Source: Novakomyces olei (lineage: Eukaryota). Taken from it: 64,000 bases of DNA. How positions within the stretch are numbered: position 1 is the stretch's first letter; each line of letters opens with the position of its first letter. A model generated the notes under the pieces. The model made no database searches. It had not been told where the DNA came from and saw only the letters and a list, made by a program, of their open reading frames with translations. This document shows, piece by piece, positions 11,229 through 24,747 of the stretch. The DNA lies in NCBI GenBank assembly GCA_016906335.1, contig JADEYG010000007.1, positions 186,001 to 250,000 of the forward strand, read 5' to 3'. A program made the position numbers and the translations under genes.

Positions 11229-12894
11229 TCATGCGCGACGCGGTCGGCCTCGCGACTTCCCCCGGCCGCGAGTGCTGCCCGATCCATTTGCACTCCCGCG
11301 CCCACGACGTCGAGGCTGAGAAACAGGAGCCGCCATTGCACCCTCAGACGCACGCGACCCCTCGCTGATAACAGCACTAGCACTAAGGTACGCTGCGGCA
11401 GAAGAAACAGTAGACACCGACGAAACAGAAGTATTCCGCCGATGGCAATTGCCTCCACCGTTAATCATACTGCTATCGTCATCGCTCACACATTCGTCCT
11501 CGCATCCAGCATCACGACAACGTGAACAAGGCCGTTCACGGTCACAGCCTTTCTTTGATTTTTTACAGCGCCGGCATCGTGGCCGGACAACTCCATCAGC
11601 AGCGGCACACAGCATTCGTGCACGTCTTACTGCCGGGGCAGGCTGCTTAGATATTCCGAGTTCTCCGACAGAATTAGGTTCCAATTTCTGCTCATGCTGT
11701 CTTTCAGCAAAAGATCTTTTACGGCCGGCGTGCTGGCAGGGAGGATAAGGTGAGATGCTGCGCCCATAGTCTCCCTCATTTTCCGACTCGTCGTGGGAAA
11801 TATTAGCATCTGAAGTTGTGTCAGAATGTGCCCCACTTCCTCCCGCTGCAGAGGCAGACACACTTCTTTCAGCTTCGACTTTGTGCCGAGACAAGAATGG
11901 TGAGCCTAAGCCTGCACCGGCATAAGCGTCGCCATTTGTGCTGTTTGAGCCGATTGTGGATCCGAAATTAAAAGCTCCGTACGCTTTAGCGTTATGGTTA
12001 AGTCGATTCTGCTGTTGCGGCAATTCGCTCTCCGGCGATTCACGTTTAACCGGTGAAGCACCAAAAGATTCACCGAGACGAATCAACTGCATCGCCACAT
12101 CCTCATCGCTTATCTGTGACACGGTAGTAGGCGCCGGTGTGGCGAGGCCACTAACGTTGCACCATTGACCGCCAGGATGAGTATAAGAGCTCCATTCAAG
12201 TTTGCAGTTATTCTCCTTCGCACCGTAGCAACTATCCGCGGGCGGAGACAAGTTCGGGATTTCAGGCGGCAAGTAACCTTGTGCGGCCGTATGCGGCTGC
12301 CGAGAGCCATAGTTGAGCGGCATAATTGGTAAAGTCTAGAGGGTTAGATTTCACCGTCAATGAAATTGTAAAGACCGACGTGGACGGAGAGAGGATCCGC
12401 ACGAAAAAAAAAACGCAAATTCATAAAGGAGAAAAGTGAAGAGTGAAAAAATAAAAGAAAATAGCAATGGGAGAGTAGGGCGCCAAGGCAAACACGGAGC
12501 CAAAAAGTACCTCTTGTAAAGTTGCATGGCGGGAAACACCTGCGCCTTCTCTCGCAGTGCCCGGAGACCCAAACCGCCGCATATAAGCACCAGTCACAGA
12601 GTGCGACGGAGGCGGCGACAAAGGAGCCGAGCTCCGTTGTTGTCGCCTTGTCGCTGCTGCGGCAGGTAAGCTCCCAGCGGCACAAGTGCTGGAAGAATGC
12701 AAAGGTGCAAACTCCGAATCTGATGCTGAATGGTGCTCGCGCATAGGCCGCACGGCAAAAGTGTTGAAAGAGCCGGCGGCAGGGGTGTTTAAAGAGTTCA
12801 AACTGGCTCCAGCATAAGGACCATTTGCAAAAGTATTGGTCGCATTGGAATCGAGTGCGGCAGCGGTACCGGCCGCCAAAGTACCCGAATCCAT
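11229..12894 (-). CDS. Zn(II)2Cys6 transcription factor with C-terminally placed zinc cluster, 2 exons (intron 12336-12510)
   Basis: CRRCKKSKKGCDRERPCSRCRDAGCEDEC motif; phase-0 intron GAG|gtactt...ctaaccctctag|ACT joins ORF 12421..12948 to ORF 11229..12323. Confidence 0.8.
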
Positions 12895-15610
12895 GTGAGA
12901 AAAGGTATGAACAGAGAGCGAGAAGAACAACGAAAGAAATTGCGACAAAACGGAAAGAAGCGAGAGGGGAACAAGTACAAGAGGGAAAGAGTGAGGCAGT
13001 TTTGTAGGTGTGTCGCCTAAAGGAATTGGAAAAAGTAATTAGGAGTGCAACGGTATTTCAAGTAACGTTACGGGACCGGAACGGGAGACTAGGGATCCAC
13101 GAATGATGAGTACGCTGGCGGTAATAAATACGTCTATACAGAATTGGATGAGGTAAACACAGATGTGATTAAAAGTATGATAGCTTTGGAGGCTTTAGGG
13201 GTGCCATTGTGTTTTCGACCCTTCCGGGAGTCAATCCATCTCCGACGCCGTGTACTAGAGTATTGTATTGAATGGAGTCCATGGCCGACAAAATGCGGTT
13301 TTGATACGTTTTACGTACATATACTCAGTTTGGAATACACATACATAGGAATACGGCGTATATAGGACTCTTAGGGTATAGAGAGCGTATAGGTTATACA
13401 GACGCTTGTTATTGGCGTATACACGTTTTAAATTAGTATTGGCTCATACAAGTCTACGTATATCCGCATGCCTTTGCAGCATGAGACAAGAGGTTTATGT
13501 AGCAGCAGCGTATGGGTTTGGCTTTTAGACGAATTGAAAAGCTTAACGCGCGCTGTTCGTTGTGCCGACAAAGGATCGTAGCTAAAAGCTATGAACTATT
13601 AAGCGGCCCTGCTTTTAATAGGCCAATCATCTTGACAGTAATATCAATCCGGACAAGTTTAAAATCAATAGAAGAACAATTTAATCATTATGCCCATAAG
13701 CATACTGCGCAGAGCTTGTTGAGGTCCAGATATGGAGTCAACACGTCGTGTTGAATGTCTACATGTGCGATAACACTTTGCATACCGCAAAAGGTGGTGT
13801 AACGAGGGACCAAGCATTGGCGTTAAGCGATGATGGCTGATCGTGGACCAGATGGGGGTCGATGTGGTGAGTAATCAGCATTATCAGTATTACTGCAAAT
13901 GTATTATTCTTATTAATTCGTGGACAGGAATCTGTATAAATCTGGTGGAATACACGAATATCGCCCCCCTTTCTGTACTTCGTAAAACGAACCAAGACTT
14001 TTTAATTATGTGCGATTGTCTGGATTAATATATGCAAATAGTATACTTGGAAAATTAGTGTGCTTTTAACGCTTGTGCCTCACTGCTAAAATTAGCCCCC
14101 ACTAAATTACTTGTCATAATCAAAGGTCAGCCTATGAGATTGTCGAAGTCTTACTTTGGAAAATATGCTCGCAGGAGGGAATCGCTGCACGAGAGTGACG
14201 TGAAAGTTTCGATTTGTCCTTTGAGTCGAAGGAATCTTGTTCATCGATGCCAAGTTTCGTCGTCAAATATAAATAAGTATGTAAGCAAATCCAGCGATTA
14301 GAAACAGTGGCTGCCAGCTTTCATATTATGGTGGATTTAAGATACGGGACTTGGCCCCAGTATTTGATACGCTCAGCACGATAACTCGCATTATATATCT
14401 TCGCGCTATTGAGCTCTGAAACACATGATACTACAACCAGCATGTACACCTGATCTGTGGGACAAGTGCATGGCTATTTTAAATCTCATTCGCAACCTCT
14501 CAAAGTCTTTGACATATTTTGCGTATAAATATTTGTCAATTGTAGAACTTGATGTATAGCCGCGCCACCTTTCTGTTCTAATGTATTCCAGAAGTTCACT
14601 GTTACACCTCATAATACATTGCGTAGATTATACGGGGATTACCGCCGGGCTCGGTTACTTTACAGCCATCAAACGCTTAGCCGCTGCTGTTAACCTGCTT
14701 TCACAACAATGTATACATGTACGATTCAAATTGAGACATTTATTCAAAGTGCTTTTAGGAATTTTTTGCCCAAGGCAGGAGAGAAAGTATTGGTGCTAAC
14801 TAATGGGATGGATAAAGGTGGAAAACAAATAGCTTTTGGCGTCGCTAGTACTTTGAATTGGGGATGTATAGCAATCCTCTTACTTTTGTGTTTAAGTAAC
14901 TTTGTAGAGACGGCAAGAAGTAAGGAAACATAAAATGTTATAGAATTGTCATGGGCACAGTTTCCCCCAAGCGGTACAAAACGTCCATAATTTCAAAATT
15001 CTGGTAGCTTGGACATAATCCAATAGCATTTTGAGGATTGAATAAGGCCTGCACGCAGTCTAACTACTTTAAAAATGCTGTTCAACGGATAGAGCTAGTC
15101 TTGTATTATAACCGCAAGTCAGCTATAATGCAGTGTTTGAATGTACTATTATCGGCTTCTAGTGCCAAAGGATATCTCTTACAAACAGCAACAGTTCGCG
15201 GTCACGTGCGTGCTAGTGAAAACCCTGACGTTGCTACAGTGCCTTTAAAATAATAAAAGCAAGTGTGAGTATTATGAGGTTCTCCTTCGAAGCGGCCGCA
15301 CTTGTCTAACTAAAAACATGCTGGAATAACGTGGCGCGCTTTCTGCTTTCAACGCCAATAAAACAGTCAAGCTTGTACTGGTCCTCTACATAACCAGCAA
15401 TATGCCATCGCTAGATAGATGTTTAAATTACGAGATTTAGGACTCAATTTATGTACTGTGCACACGCATACTGACGCATTATTTACCAACAATAATACTA
15501 CAATATCTTCTGGCGTTATATGTATAGCGTTGCCATTATCATTCTGGTACTGCGATTATACGCTTAAAGTGTTATATATTTTTAGATGGACGTATAAGAC
15601 TGTCACTATA

Positions 15611-15703
15611 TTATTTATTGTTTTTCTATTATTTATTGTATTGTTTTTCTATTATTTATTGTATTGTTTTTCTATTATTTTTTATTGTTTTTCTATTATT
15701 TAT
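15611..15703. repeat. T-rich degenerate tandem repeat (about 23-bp unit TTATTTATTGTATTGTTTTTCTA)
   Basis: About 4 copies directly visible upstream of the cyclin gene. Confidence 0.8.
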
Positions 15704-16243
15704 CGTTACTACATATTTGTTGTTTTACCGTACTATTTACATTTTCGTGTCGGGGACCACGACTCGACGGACGCAGGATCTACCTTGTGTCGTTGATTTC
15801 AATATAGAGTTGGAAGCAAGGTGTTCATCCCTAGATCCGTCGCGTTTCTTTCGAATTGTCAAGGTGATATACGTCGTGTAGGCCCTTGGCGGCCTCTCTC
15901 TTTTGGCCTAGTCGTGGTATTATTTGTCGTTTGTTTTTAATTTGGCAAAATTTGGTCTTTCCTGAATCACGTCGAATCCCCAACCCTCTTCTTGACCATT
16001 TGAAGGCATCTACAAAGAATCAATGGCATTGGAGTGTTTATCGTTATTTTTAATAGACGTTTGTTTACATTCCTTCTAACACTATAGTCGCCGTTCTTTA
16101 CATTGCTATTCTGTGCAAACAAAGGATTATACTCAGTTCTAACGGATTCGATATTGAGTAGCATTGTGGGCGGATCACTCATTTGCTGGGCTATTCATTT
16201 TGATTATTCCTTCCAATAACGTCCTGTCTTTGGTATCCGAACC

Positions 16244-18102
16244 ATGGCCGTAAGTCCTTTGCATTTCCCTCTTAAATAAAACAATGCTTATATGACAGAA
16301 TCGTCGCCATGGTGCATCATTAGCTGCCCTTTCGGCCGCAGCAGCCGCAGCGGCAAACGGAAATCAAGATGAAAATGCAATTCCGCTGGAACATCAACGC
16401 CGTGGTGGCAAACTTTATGCAAAAGATAAAATGCAACAGACCCTTCCTTCTCAAGCACGTAGAGCTGGACTCGGTGCTGCACAGCGCGTGGCGCTTGGTG
16501 ATCCTAAGCCAAACGATAAAGTTGAAAGGCCTACTGTAGTGCAAAAAGACTATACGGAGATGAATACAGGCATAAGGAGCAAGGCTGCTCGTGTACCACT
16601 GGCCACGAAATCTACGGTAGTTGCATCATCGTCTGTCGCGGAAAATGAGGCGGCAGCTCGGTATGACAGGCTGGCAAACAAGCCAGGAGCTATGAGAGAA
16701 ACTGCTCCCGCTATCTACCAAGACTCGCCTGAAGTTTACGAGTATCATCAAGATCAAGTCGTCGTTGCTGCTCCACAAAGCACAATGGATGTGGATACGG
16801 AAGAAGAGCAAGGTGGTAGTGGTGGAAATAGTGGTATTGCTGACAGCGACGATTTTCGATCAGATTCGTTCACTGACGAAGCGTCTTCCACAGACGCGTC
16901 GCCTAATGAAGGCTACGAGACGCGTGATCCTACGACGCGTCCCGTCCGACGCCATGGCGATGCCACTGCAGTTGTGGGTAGAAAAAGCAGAGAGTCCAAG
17001 AGAGAAAGAGCCGATGGTGAAGCTGCTGCTGCAATTGCTAGTTCTCAAAGCTTTATGATTCAGCAGAGAATAGCAGCGCTGCCAAAGTGCACGGGCAGAC
17101 CTCGTTGGACAGAGCTGGACCAAAGGCATATTGAACAGGCAGCGCAAGCGTACGTAGACCCGGATGCTGAAGAAGAAGAGTGGGATATAAGCATGGTGAG
17201 GGAGTATGCTGATGATATCTTTGAGTACATGCAGGCTCTGGAGCAACGGTTTGCTCCTGACCCAACATACTTGGCTTACCAGACAGAATTAGAAGGTTCA
17301 ATGAGACGAATCCTTATTGATTGGCTGGTACAAGTGCATGCTCGTTTCCATCTTTTGGCAGAGACGCTATTTCTTACTGTGAATATAATTGATCGATTCC
17401 TTAGTGCTCGGCATGATACAGCCCTAGGCAAGTTTCAACTGCTTGGAGCCACTGCCTTGTTTATCGCAAGCAAATACGAAGAAATTCAGTGCCCTTCTGT
17501 GGCAGAAATTGAGTTTATGGTGGACAAAACGTATACACAGGACGAGATAATTGCATGCGAGCGTCACATGATCTCTGTGCTCAATTTCGACCTAGGCTGG
17601 CCAGGTCCAATGAGCTTTCTTCGGCGAGTGAGCAAGGCAGATGATTACGACGTGGATACCCGGACATTGGCTAAGTATATACTGGAGGTGACCATTATGG
17701 ATGAACGGTTTATAGGCGGCCATCCGTCATACCTCGCTGCCGCAAGCCATTTTATTTCGCGAAAAATGCTGAAAAAAGGCGAATGGGTAGGACCGAACTA
17801 AAGGACTTTGCTCAATGCATACGTTTTCTTCTTTTTTCTTTTAAATTTGAATATTTATTCGCAACGTTCTCACTGTTTTGATGTTTTCCTTGAAGGATTT
17901 GTATCTAACCTGACAGACTGATGCACACGTACATTTGAGCGGATACACTGCGCAAGTTCTGGAGCCGGCCGTGGAGACATTGCTTGAATGCCTGCGTGAT
18001 CCAATGACACACCATCGCGCAATTTATGAAAAATACGCGGAACGCAAATTTAAGCGGGCCAGCAAGTACGTCGAGGCCTGGTTCAGTGAGCACTCTTCGT
18101 AA
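16244..18102 (+). CDS. B-type cyclin (Clb3/Cig1-like), 3 exons with a 6-nt first coding exon
   Basis: Cyclin box MRRILIDWLVQVH...KYEEI; LGWPGPMSFLRRVSKADDYD; D-box RVALGD. Splice junctions ATGGCC|gtaagt...gacag|AAT (16250-16298) and TGG|gtagga...ctgacag|ACT. Confidence 0.92.
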
Positions 18103-19368
18103 TCATCGTCATGCATGTCAATACAGCTTTTGGACTTTTTTAGGCCCACTGGGGCAATTGTCTATATTATTCTTTTCGTTCCCATTATAATCCTGTTTAA
18201 TTAATTTCTGAAAGACTTCACTGCTTTGCGTTCCCTGCAGACGTGAAACAATAAAATGTCCTATTAATTTCCTTGTAAAATTGCCTGCCGGCTGGCCTTT
18301 AATAGGTACTACTTACTGCTATTACAAAGTAATGATCGAGTATTGCGCCAAGTTTTTTTAGCACCAATTTAGTCGTATTGCTAATGTATGATTCGCAGAT
18401 TTTAATATTATTTATTCGCAGATCCCATCTTTGACGAGCGACTGGCACATTACCAGTCAAGATATTGAAAACAGCCAGACGCGGCCCATTAGACGGACGG
18501 GTCTGCGTCCATAATAAAGCAAATGTTGGATAGTAGCCATGACTCAAGCAGACGACGACCCAATTTTGTTGTATATTTGCTGTGCGCAGCCCTTTCTGAG
18601 ACACTGGTAATATAGTCACCAAACTACAGTTCAATTGCTTCTTTTGCTTGCTCTATACAATTTAATGCTCAATTGCCATTCCCAATAGCCACCTTGCTTT
18701 GGTTTGCATTATATAAAATTGTAATTCTTCTCCTCTTGACAATTTACCCCCTTGTCGCCGGGCAGTCGAGTGCAACAGTCGTGACTCAAAAGTCATGAAT
18801 ACGACACACTATGCAGACATTGAGCAAAACAAAATTCTAAGACTGTGAAAAGTATCACGTCCACAGAAGAATACTATACGGCGAATACACCTAGCAGCAT
18901 AACAAACAACGAAAACTATTCAGACTTCTGGATGCTTCTGACGGGAGATTTGGGTCCTAAAATTACGGGTCCAGCGATCCAATATTTTAATTTCTTCATG
19001 TATTATTATTTTTATTATTGTATAATTATTTCCACTCTATTAATTTAATTGTAATATTATTCATCTCTATTGGAGTATTGTTTTTAGTGTACCAGTTTGT
19101 GTTTTTAGTCATGATACATAATAATATCCTGCAGTGCACACGATTTCCCTTTTTGGTCAAGACAAGGTGCTAAAGGCGCTTTGCCTTCTTATGCCCCATT
19201 GCCTTGCGCGCTGACCTTTTGAAGGCGCATTCTCCCCTTCGTTTTCGGTTGGCTCCCAAAAACAAGGCCTGAAAGCCAAGAAAAGGGCAAAAAGGGGACC
19301 AGAAAAATTGGGGATAATACTAGATTTTAGCGGGGTTTGCCGGCCCTGCCTGCTCGCCTTTGCAAGTC

Positions 19369-22300
19369 ATGGCACCGGCGGACGCCGACTTGCCTCACCA
19401 GCATCGGCACCAGCTTGTGCCATTAGACAGTAGCAGTCAGCAGTCGCAGCCGCAGCAGTCGTTGCCGCAGCAGGATACAGGCGGCCATGTCTCCGAAAAC
19501 GAGCCGAGCGACTCTTTGCTTAGGAAAATGCTCTCGGGGTCGGAGACAGTGCAAGCACTGTACAATTTTAACAGTGAAAAACCCAATGCGTTGGCTCTCC
19601 AGGTCGGCGACATTGTGCTTGTCATTGACAAGTTGGCTTCTGGCTGGTGGAATGGGAGATCTGCTCGCGGTGTCGGCTGGTTCCCATCGAATTATGTCTC
19701 GCCTGCCCGGCCTTCGGCTACACATGCCTTTATGGCATTATTGAAAGCGCAAGTCTACCTTTTCTTTCTTCTTCTTCTTCTTTTCTTTAGATTGTATTAT
19801 TCATTTTATTTTATTTTATAAGTTTTATTTATTTTATTTTTGTTTAATTTAATTTAAATTTTGTTTCTTTTTGATATTTAAATGATATTTAAATACTGAC
19901 TGTGTGAAGCCTGGCCAACGAGGATGATGAAGAAATTGGCATTGACAGAGACGGGCTGAATCGTGTAATGCACCGAGTTTCACGTGCATCTGTGGCCTCG
20001 AACGAGATACAAATAGAGCTTGATGTGCCGACAGCTCCGTCTGGTCCAACAATCGGATCAGACGACCAGCCTCAGCAGAATCAGGGTGCGGATGATCTGG
20101 AACCTGATTTTCCTATCGTTTATCATATTCCACAGGCAACTCCAGAGGGCAAGATTTATTACTATAATACTCAGTCCGGAACCGCGTCATGGTCCCTGCC
20201 TTTTCGCAAATTCTCTTCCGCAGATACTCCACCAATAGAACCGGAGCACCGTCACGTTAATTTCACAACGATCATGATGCCGCCAGCACTGACACCAGCC
20301 GAATCCCCACCAAACAACCGGCAGGATATGCAGTTCCAAAAGGACACGAGAAGGTACATTGCCGAACAAAAACCAGAGACAACAAAGCTCCGTGATGATT
20401 TGGGAACGCCAGCTGTATCGTCGCGAGAAGAACGGTCACAGCATAGTACACGGCCCCTGTCTCGAGAGGTTTTGCAGCACAAGCCTCAACAAGAAAGGCC
20501 TTTAGAGCAGTCAAGTAATAATCACAACAACATAGCAGAGGAAGCGCCTGCCTTGGGGTCTCCGTTTGAAGCAAAATCATTCTCACAAGCGTTTTCATTC
20601 TCCCCCTCACAGTCTCCCGGTGGCCACAAGAGAACAAACTCGCCCAGCTCCTTATCATACCGTCGGAACCGTTCACCATCGGCTCCGATTCCCGCACCTG
20701 CAACCTCTTCCCGAGCAGGAGGCAGATCAGCACTAGTGAGACAAAACACGGATCTGACGATTGATCTAGCTGCCGCCCGATCGGCCAGCGGAGTCTTGCA
20801 GCCATTGGCTTACGACGCAGACGCAGCCTCTGTCCAAGGACTGAGCCGTACAGTCTCGTCCGTTTCCACAAACAGTCTAATCGACCCGGCAATGCTGGAC
20901 TCGGTGGACGGGGCGGAGGCCAATTCTGGAGCCGCCGGTGCTGGTTCTGCACCGACTGGGAATAAACGGGCAAACAGGCAAAGGCTGTCTTTGTTTAATA
21001 GTAGCGGCGGCAATAATAATAATACATCTTCTGCTGACGGACGCAAGTCAGCAGCCACTGGCAGACGACAGGGCAGTTTACCCTTTTTAATACAGCCGCC
21101 AGCACTGGCAGACGTGTTTCCTCCACTGGCACCAGTTAGGCCGTCAGTAGCCTACCTCGAGTTTCTGCGGCTAAAACTGGCAGCGGATGAGCAAATGCAG
21201 AGTATTAGAGACTCGATCAGACTGCTGCAAGAGACAGAGAGCAGTGGTAGTATAGAGCCACAGCCTTTAGAGCCCTATACTTGCCTGGTACAGGAAATGC
21301 AGACAATTGTACGTAACGTGCTCGTGGGTACAGGACTAGTACATAATTCGCTATGGGACGAGGCCGCCTGGGCACGGCCGGGCAGTCTCCAGGACACAGG
21401 TTTCCCTCGCCGGGGCAGTGATGGGACGGGGACAGGCGAAGAGTCAGAGAATCTGTCTTGTTCAGACGAAGCCCAGACAGCTCGTGCACTGGCTATAAAG
21501 TGTCTGCTGTGCTGTGGCCACGTGCAAGCTGCCCTGTTGCAAGTAGAGCCTGACCAGGTTGCAAAGCCTACATCCACATCCACATCCACTTCTCAAGGCA
21601 GCGGGAATGACGTGATGGCTGAAGACGAGATCCCTCCAAACCTGTATGCTCTCGAGCAGAATGTAGTTGGGCTGCAGGAATCCTTTGCTGCCGTCGTTGC
21701 ACTGCTGGAAATGTATACAAGTGCAGACTCGGTAATGGCAAGAATTGAGCCTGGATTTGTAACTGAGTCAGGCGGATCATCACGGAGTAGTACCAATTTT
21801 ATCAGCGGTGCTAATACGGACCGGTCACCGTCAATCGGTATCTTTCTGCTGGCACCAAGAAGCCCCGATGAGCCTAAACTGTTCTCCGATGTTATTGCCA
21901 TAATCGACTCGGTCCAGATCGAATTAAATTCGCAGATGCGTTCTTTCCAGCGGCTGATTGACAAGACAATAACCGCAACCACAACAGGCGAGCTGAGCAA
22001 CATTGACGATTCCCCTATGGCTTCGCCTCTGGCCTGGCTGGCCAGATATGCGCAAACAACGGTAAACATAACAAGCCGCATGTTACTGGCTGTCCGAGAT
22101 ACGGATGACGTGATTAGTGTGGCAGTTACAGATGTGTCAGAGGCCTCCGCCACCTATCGCGACGTGTCCCGTAGCAAACAAGCAATCTTGCACAATATGG
22201 CACTATTCATCCTGGTTGTGCAAGACGCGTTACGCCTGCAAGACGGGATGGATAAACGCGTAGACCGTGTAGCTCGTTTACGTGCTGCACTAACAGAGAT

Positions 22301-24488
22301 TCGTAGAGTCCTAAAGCCTCTCGGCAAATCTGTCGCCCGGCTGGCTATGGCGATGGAGTTTTTGCTGGAAGAAACAGGGAGGAAACGTGTTAAAGTGCCC
22401 TCTATGGGCACTAGTGGAAGCGTTAGTGGGAGCGTTAGTGGAAGCGACCATGAAAAGCTTGAATTTACAGCCGGCCATCAGCCAAATAATTCTTCTTCTT
22501 TTTCGACACTCCTCTTTGCTGCCTCGAAAAAGCACGAGTCTCCAGTGACGCCTCCTCCTCCTCCACCACCACCACCACCACCTCCACCTCCAGCGGGCGC
22601 TCTGAGATCCGCCTCTGGACAAGACCAGGCGACTCCCGTGCTGGAGCCGGCTAGTGCCGACTCAGAACACCCTGACTACTCTGCTATGGACATTGCGTCG
22701 GCCCGGTATGCGGGTGCAGTTAAAGTGAGAGTGGCACTTGGGGTAGCCGGAGATACTGCCGGTATGGGCCGGGAAAGATTTGCTTCTCAGGGTGATGATT
22801 TAATAAGCAATGAAATCCTCCGTGACCGGCTGGCTCGGATTTCGGACGCTGATAGATCGTCTGATTCATCGGCAGCAGCAGCAGCAGCAGCTGCTGCTGC
22901 TGGCAATAGTAGTACTGGATTTGTATCAACTGCCTCTGCTGCGCTGAGAGGTCCTCGTCGAGGTGGCCCTACGGAGGTTATCAGGCCCTGGTTCCTTGAT
23001 CCTGAGCTGGAGGGGGATATTAGCTACAACCCTGATGGCAGTGTACGTGGAGGCACGTTAAAGGCACTGGTAGAAATGCTGACAAGGCATGATTACCTGA
23101 GCCAAAGTTTCTACCGTACTTTTCTCTTGACCTATAGCACATTTACAAATTCCTTTGTACTGGCAGGCCTTCTTATCGATCGGTTTATGATTGCTCCACC
23201 TGCTGGATTAGAAGCAGCTGATGCAAGAGTCTGGCGGGACAAGAAGCAGGTGCCCGTACGGCTGCGTGTATTCAATTTCTTAAAGACTTGGCTGGAAAAG
23301 TACTATATACCAGCGCCCGATGTTGCCCTTGACTTGGAGGCGCTGACGCGAATACGTACTTTTGCAATTCAGGAAATTGCAAAGTACCTGGCGGGAAGCA
23401 ACACGATTGTTCACCTGGCAGACGCACAATTGGCCCGTGCCCGACAAGCTTCTTCTGGTGGCTCTTCGGCGATAGGCAATAATGGAGTACTAAGGTCGCC
23501 GGACTCTGATAACAGCAGTGTTTCCAGTGCTTCAGGATCAGCAACGCCTCATACAAGGCTTCGCCGGATGGTTATTAACTTGTCTTCCTCTTCTCCAGCT
23601 CCTTTGCTGCCTAAAAACTTGCGTAAAGGCTTTCGTCTTTTGGATATTGATGCCACCGAGCTGGCGCGCCAGCTTACAGTAATGGAGAGCAATATCTATA
23701 ACCAGCTACAGCCATACGAGTGTCTCAACAAGGCCTGGAGCCGGCAAGACAGCCTTCACAAGGCTGAGCATATAAAGGCAATGATCTTGAACTCGAATAG
23801 GGTATCACTAAACATTGTTGCACACTTGGCATGCTAACCTTAGATTACCGGCTGGATTACAGAGTCTGTTCTAGAACAGAACGATGTCAGACGGCGTGCG
23901 GCACTCTACAAGTATTTTGTTACGGTGGCGGCGGTATGTCGTAACTCCCTTTCCTCTACTAACAGCTAGAAATGCCATGAGCTCAACAACTTTTCGACAC
24001 TGACGGCAATAATATCCGGGCTTAATAGTGCGCCAGTGCATCGTTTAAAGCGGACCAAAGAAATGGTCAACAGCAAATCACATGGCATTTTAGATCAACT
24101 TAATCAGTTAATGAGCCCAACTCGGAATTTCGGACAGTATCGTGAAGTTATGAGATTACTGAATCCTCCGGCCGTACCATTTCTTGGTGTCTACCTGTCA
24201 GATTTGACCTTTATTGAAGACGGTAATCCGGGAATGATAAAACAATCACGGAACTTGATCAACTTCCACAAACGCACAAAGCTGGCTGAAGTTATTCGAG
24301 ATATTCAACAGTACCAGTTCATGCCCTACAATCTGCAGCCTGTTCCCGAGATCCAGGCAGCGATTCAAGAATGGCTTGAGAAGGCTAAAGATATCGGGGA
24401 ATTGTACGATATAAGCCTGTACGTGGAGCCACGAGAGCGCGAAGACGAGAAAATTGCGCGACTTTTGAGTGAAAGCGGGTTTTTGTAA
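19369..24488 (+). CDS. Ras guanine nucleotide exchange factor (Cdc25/Ste6 family): SH3, WW, RasGEF_N and RasGEF domains; 4 exons
   Basis: SH3 ALYNF...WWNG...GWFPSNYV; WW EGKIYYYNTQSGTASWSLP; GGTLKALVEMLT; ELARQLT; PAVPFLGVYLSDLTFIEDGN. First intron is GC-AG (19749-19909). Confidence 0.93.
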
Positions 24489-24747
24489 ATGAAATGGATG
24501 ATACCTGCGGCAAAAAGGGATAAAGATTCGAGTTGTTCTATCTCAAAATGTACACTTTTGCCGTGCTTTGCATTATTCGAATATGAAAAATTACTTTTAT
24601 TTCTTCTTACAATATAGTTCTTGAAACAGAAGCTTCGTGCATGTAGGATTGTAGTCATACTGATGCCTTGCCTATAGTTAGAATGGTCGGGAAAGCAGCC
24701 ATGCGTTTCTCAGTCGTAATTATTGTTTTGATATTTGATCTAGAATT

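Noticed and set aside
13103-13109. Box C-like ATGATGA
   Set aside because: No box D (CTGA) or terminal stem at a plausible distance.
14709-14933. ORF with FRNFLPKAGEKVLVLTNG, reminiscent of class V aminotransferases
   Set aside because: Similarity is limited to about 15 residues, with no flanking motifs or spliceable continuation found.
20272-23556. Long antisense ORFs within the Ras-GEF (and similar ones within the TFIIIC and POL3 genes)
   Set aside because: Shadow frames of GC-balanced coding sequence with no recognisable domains.
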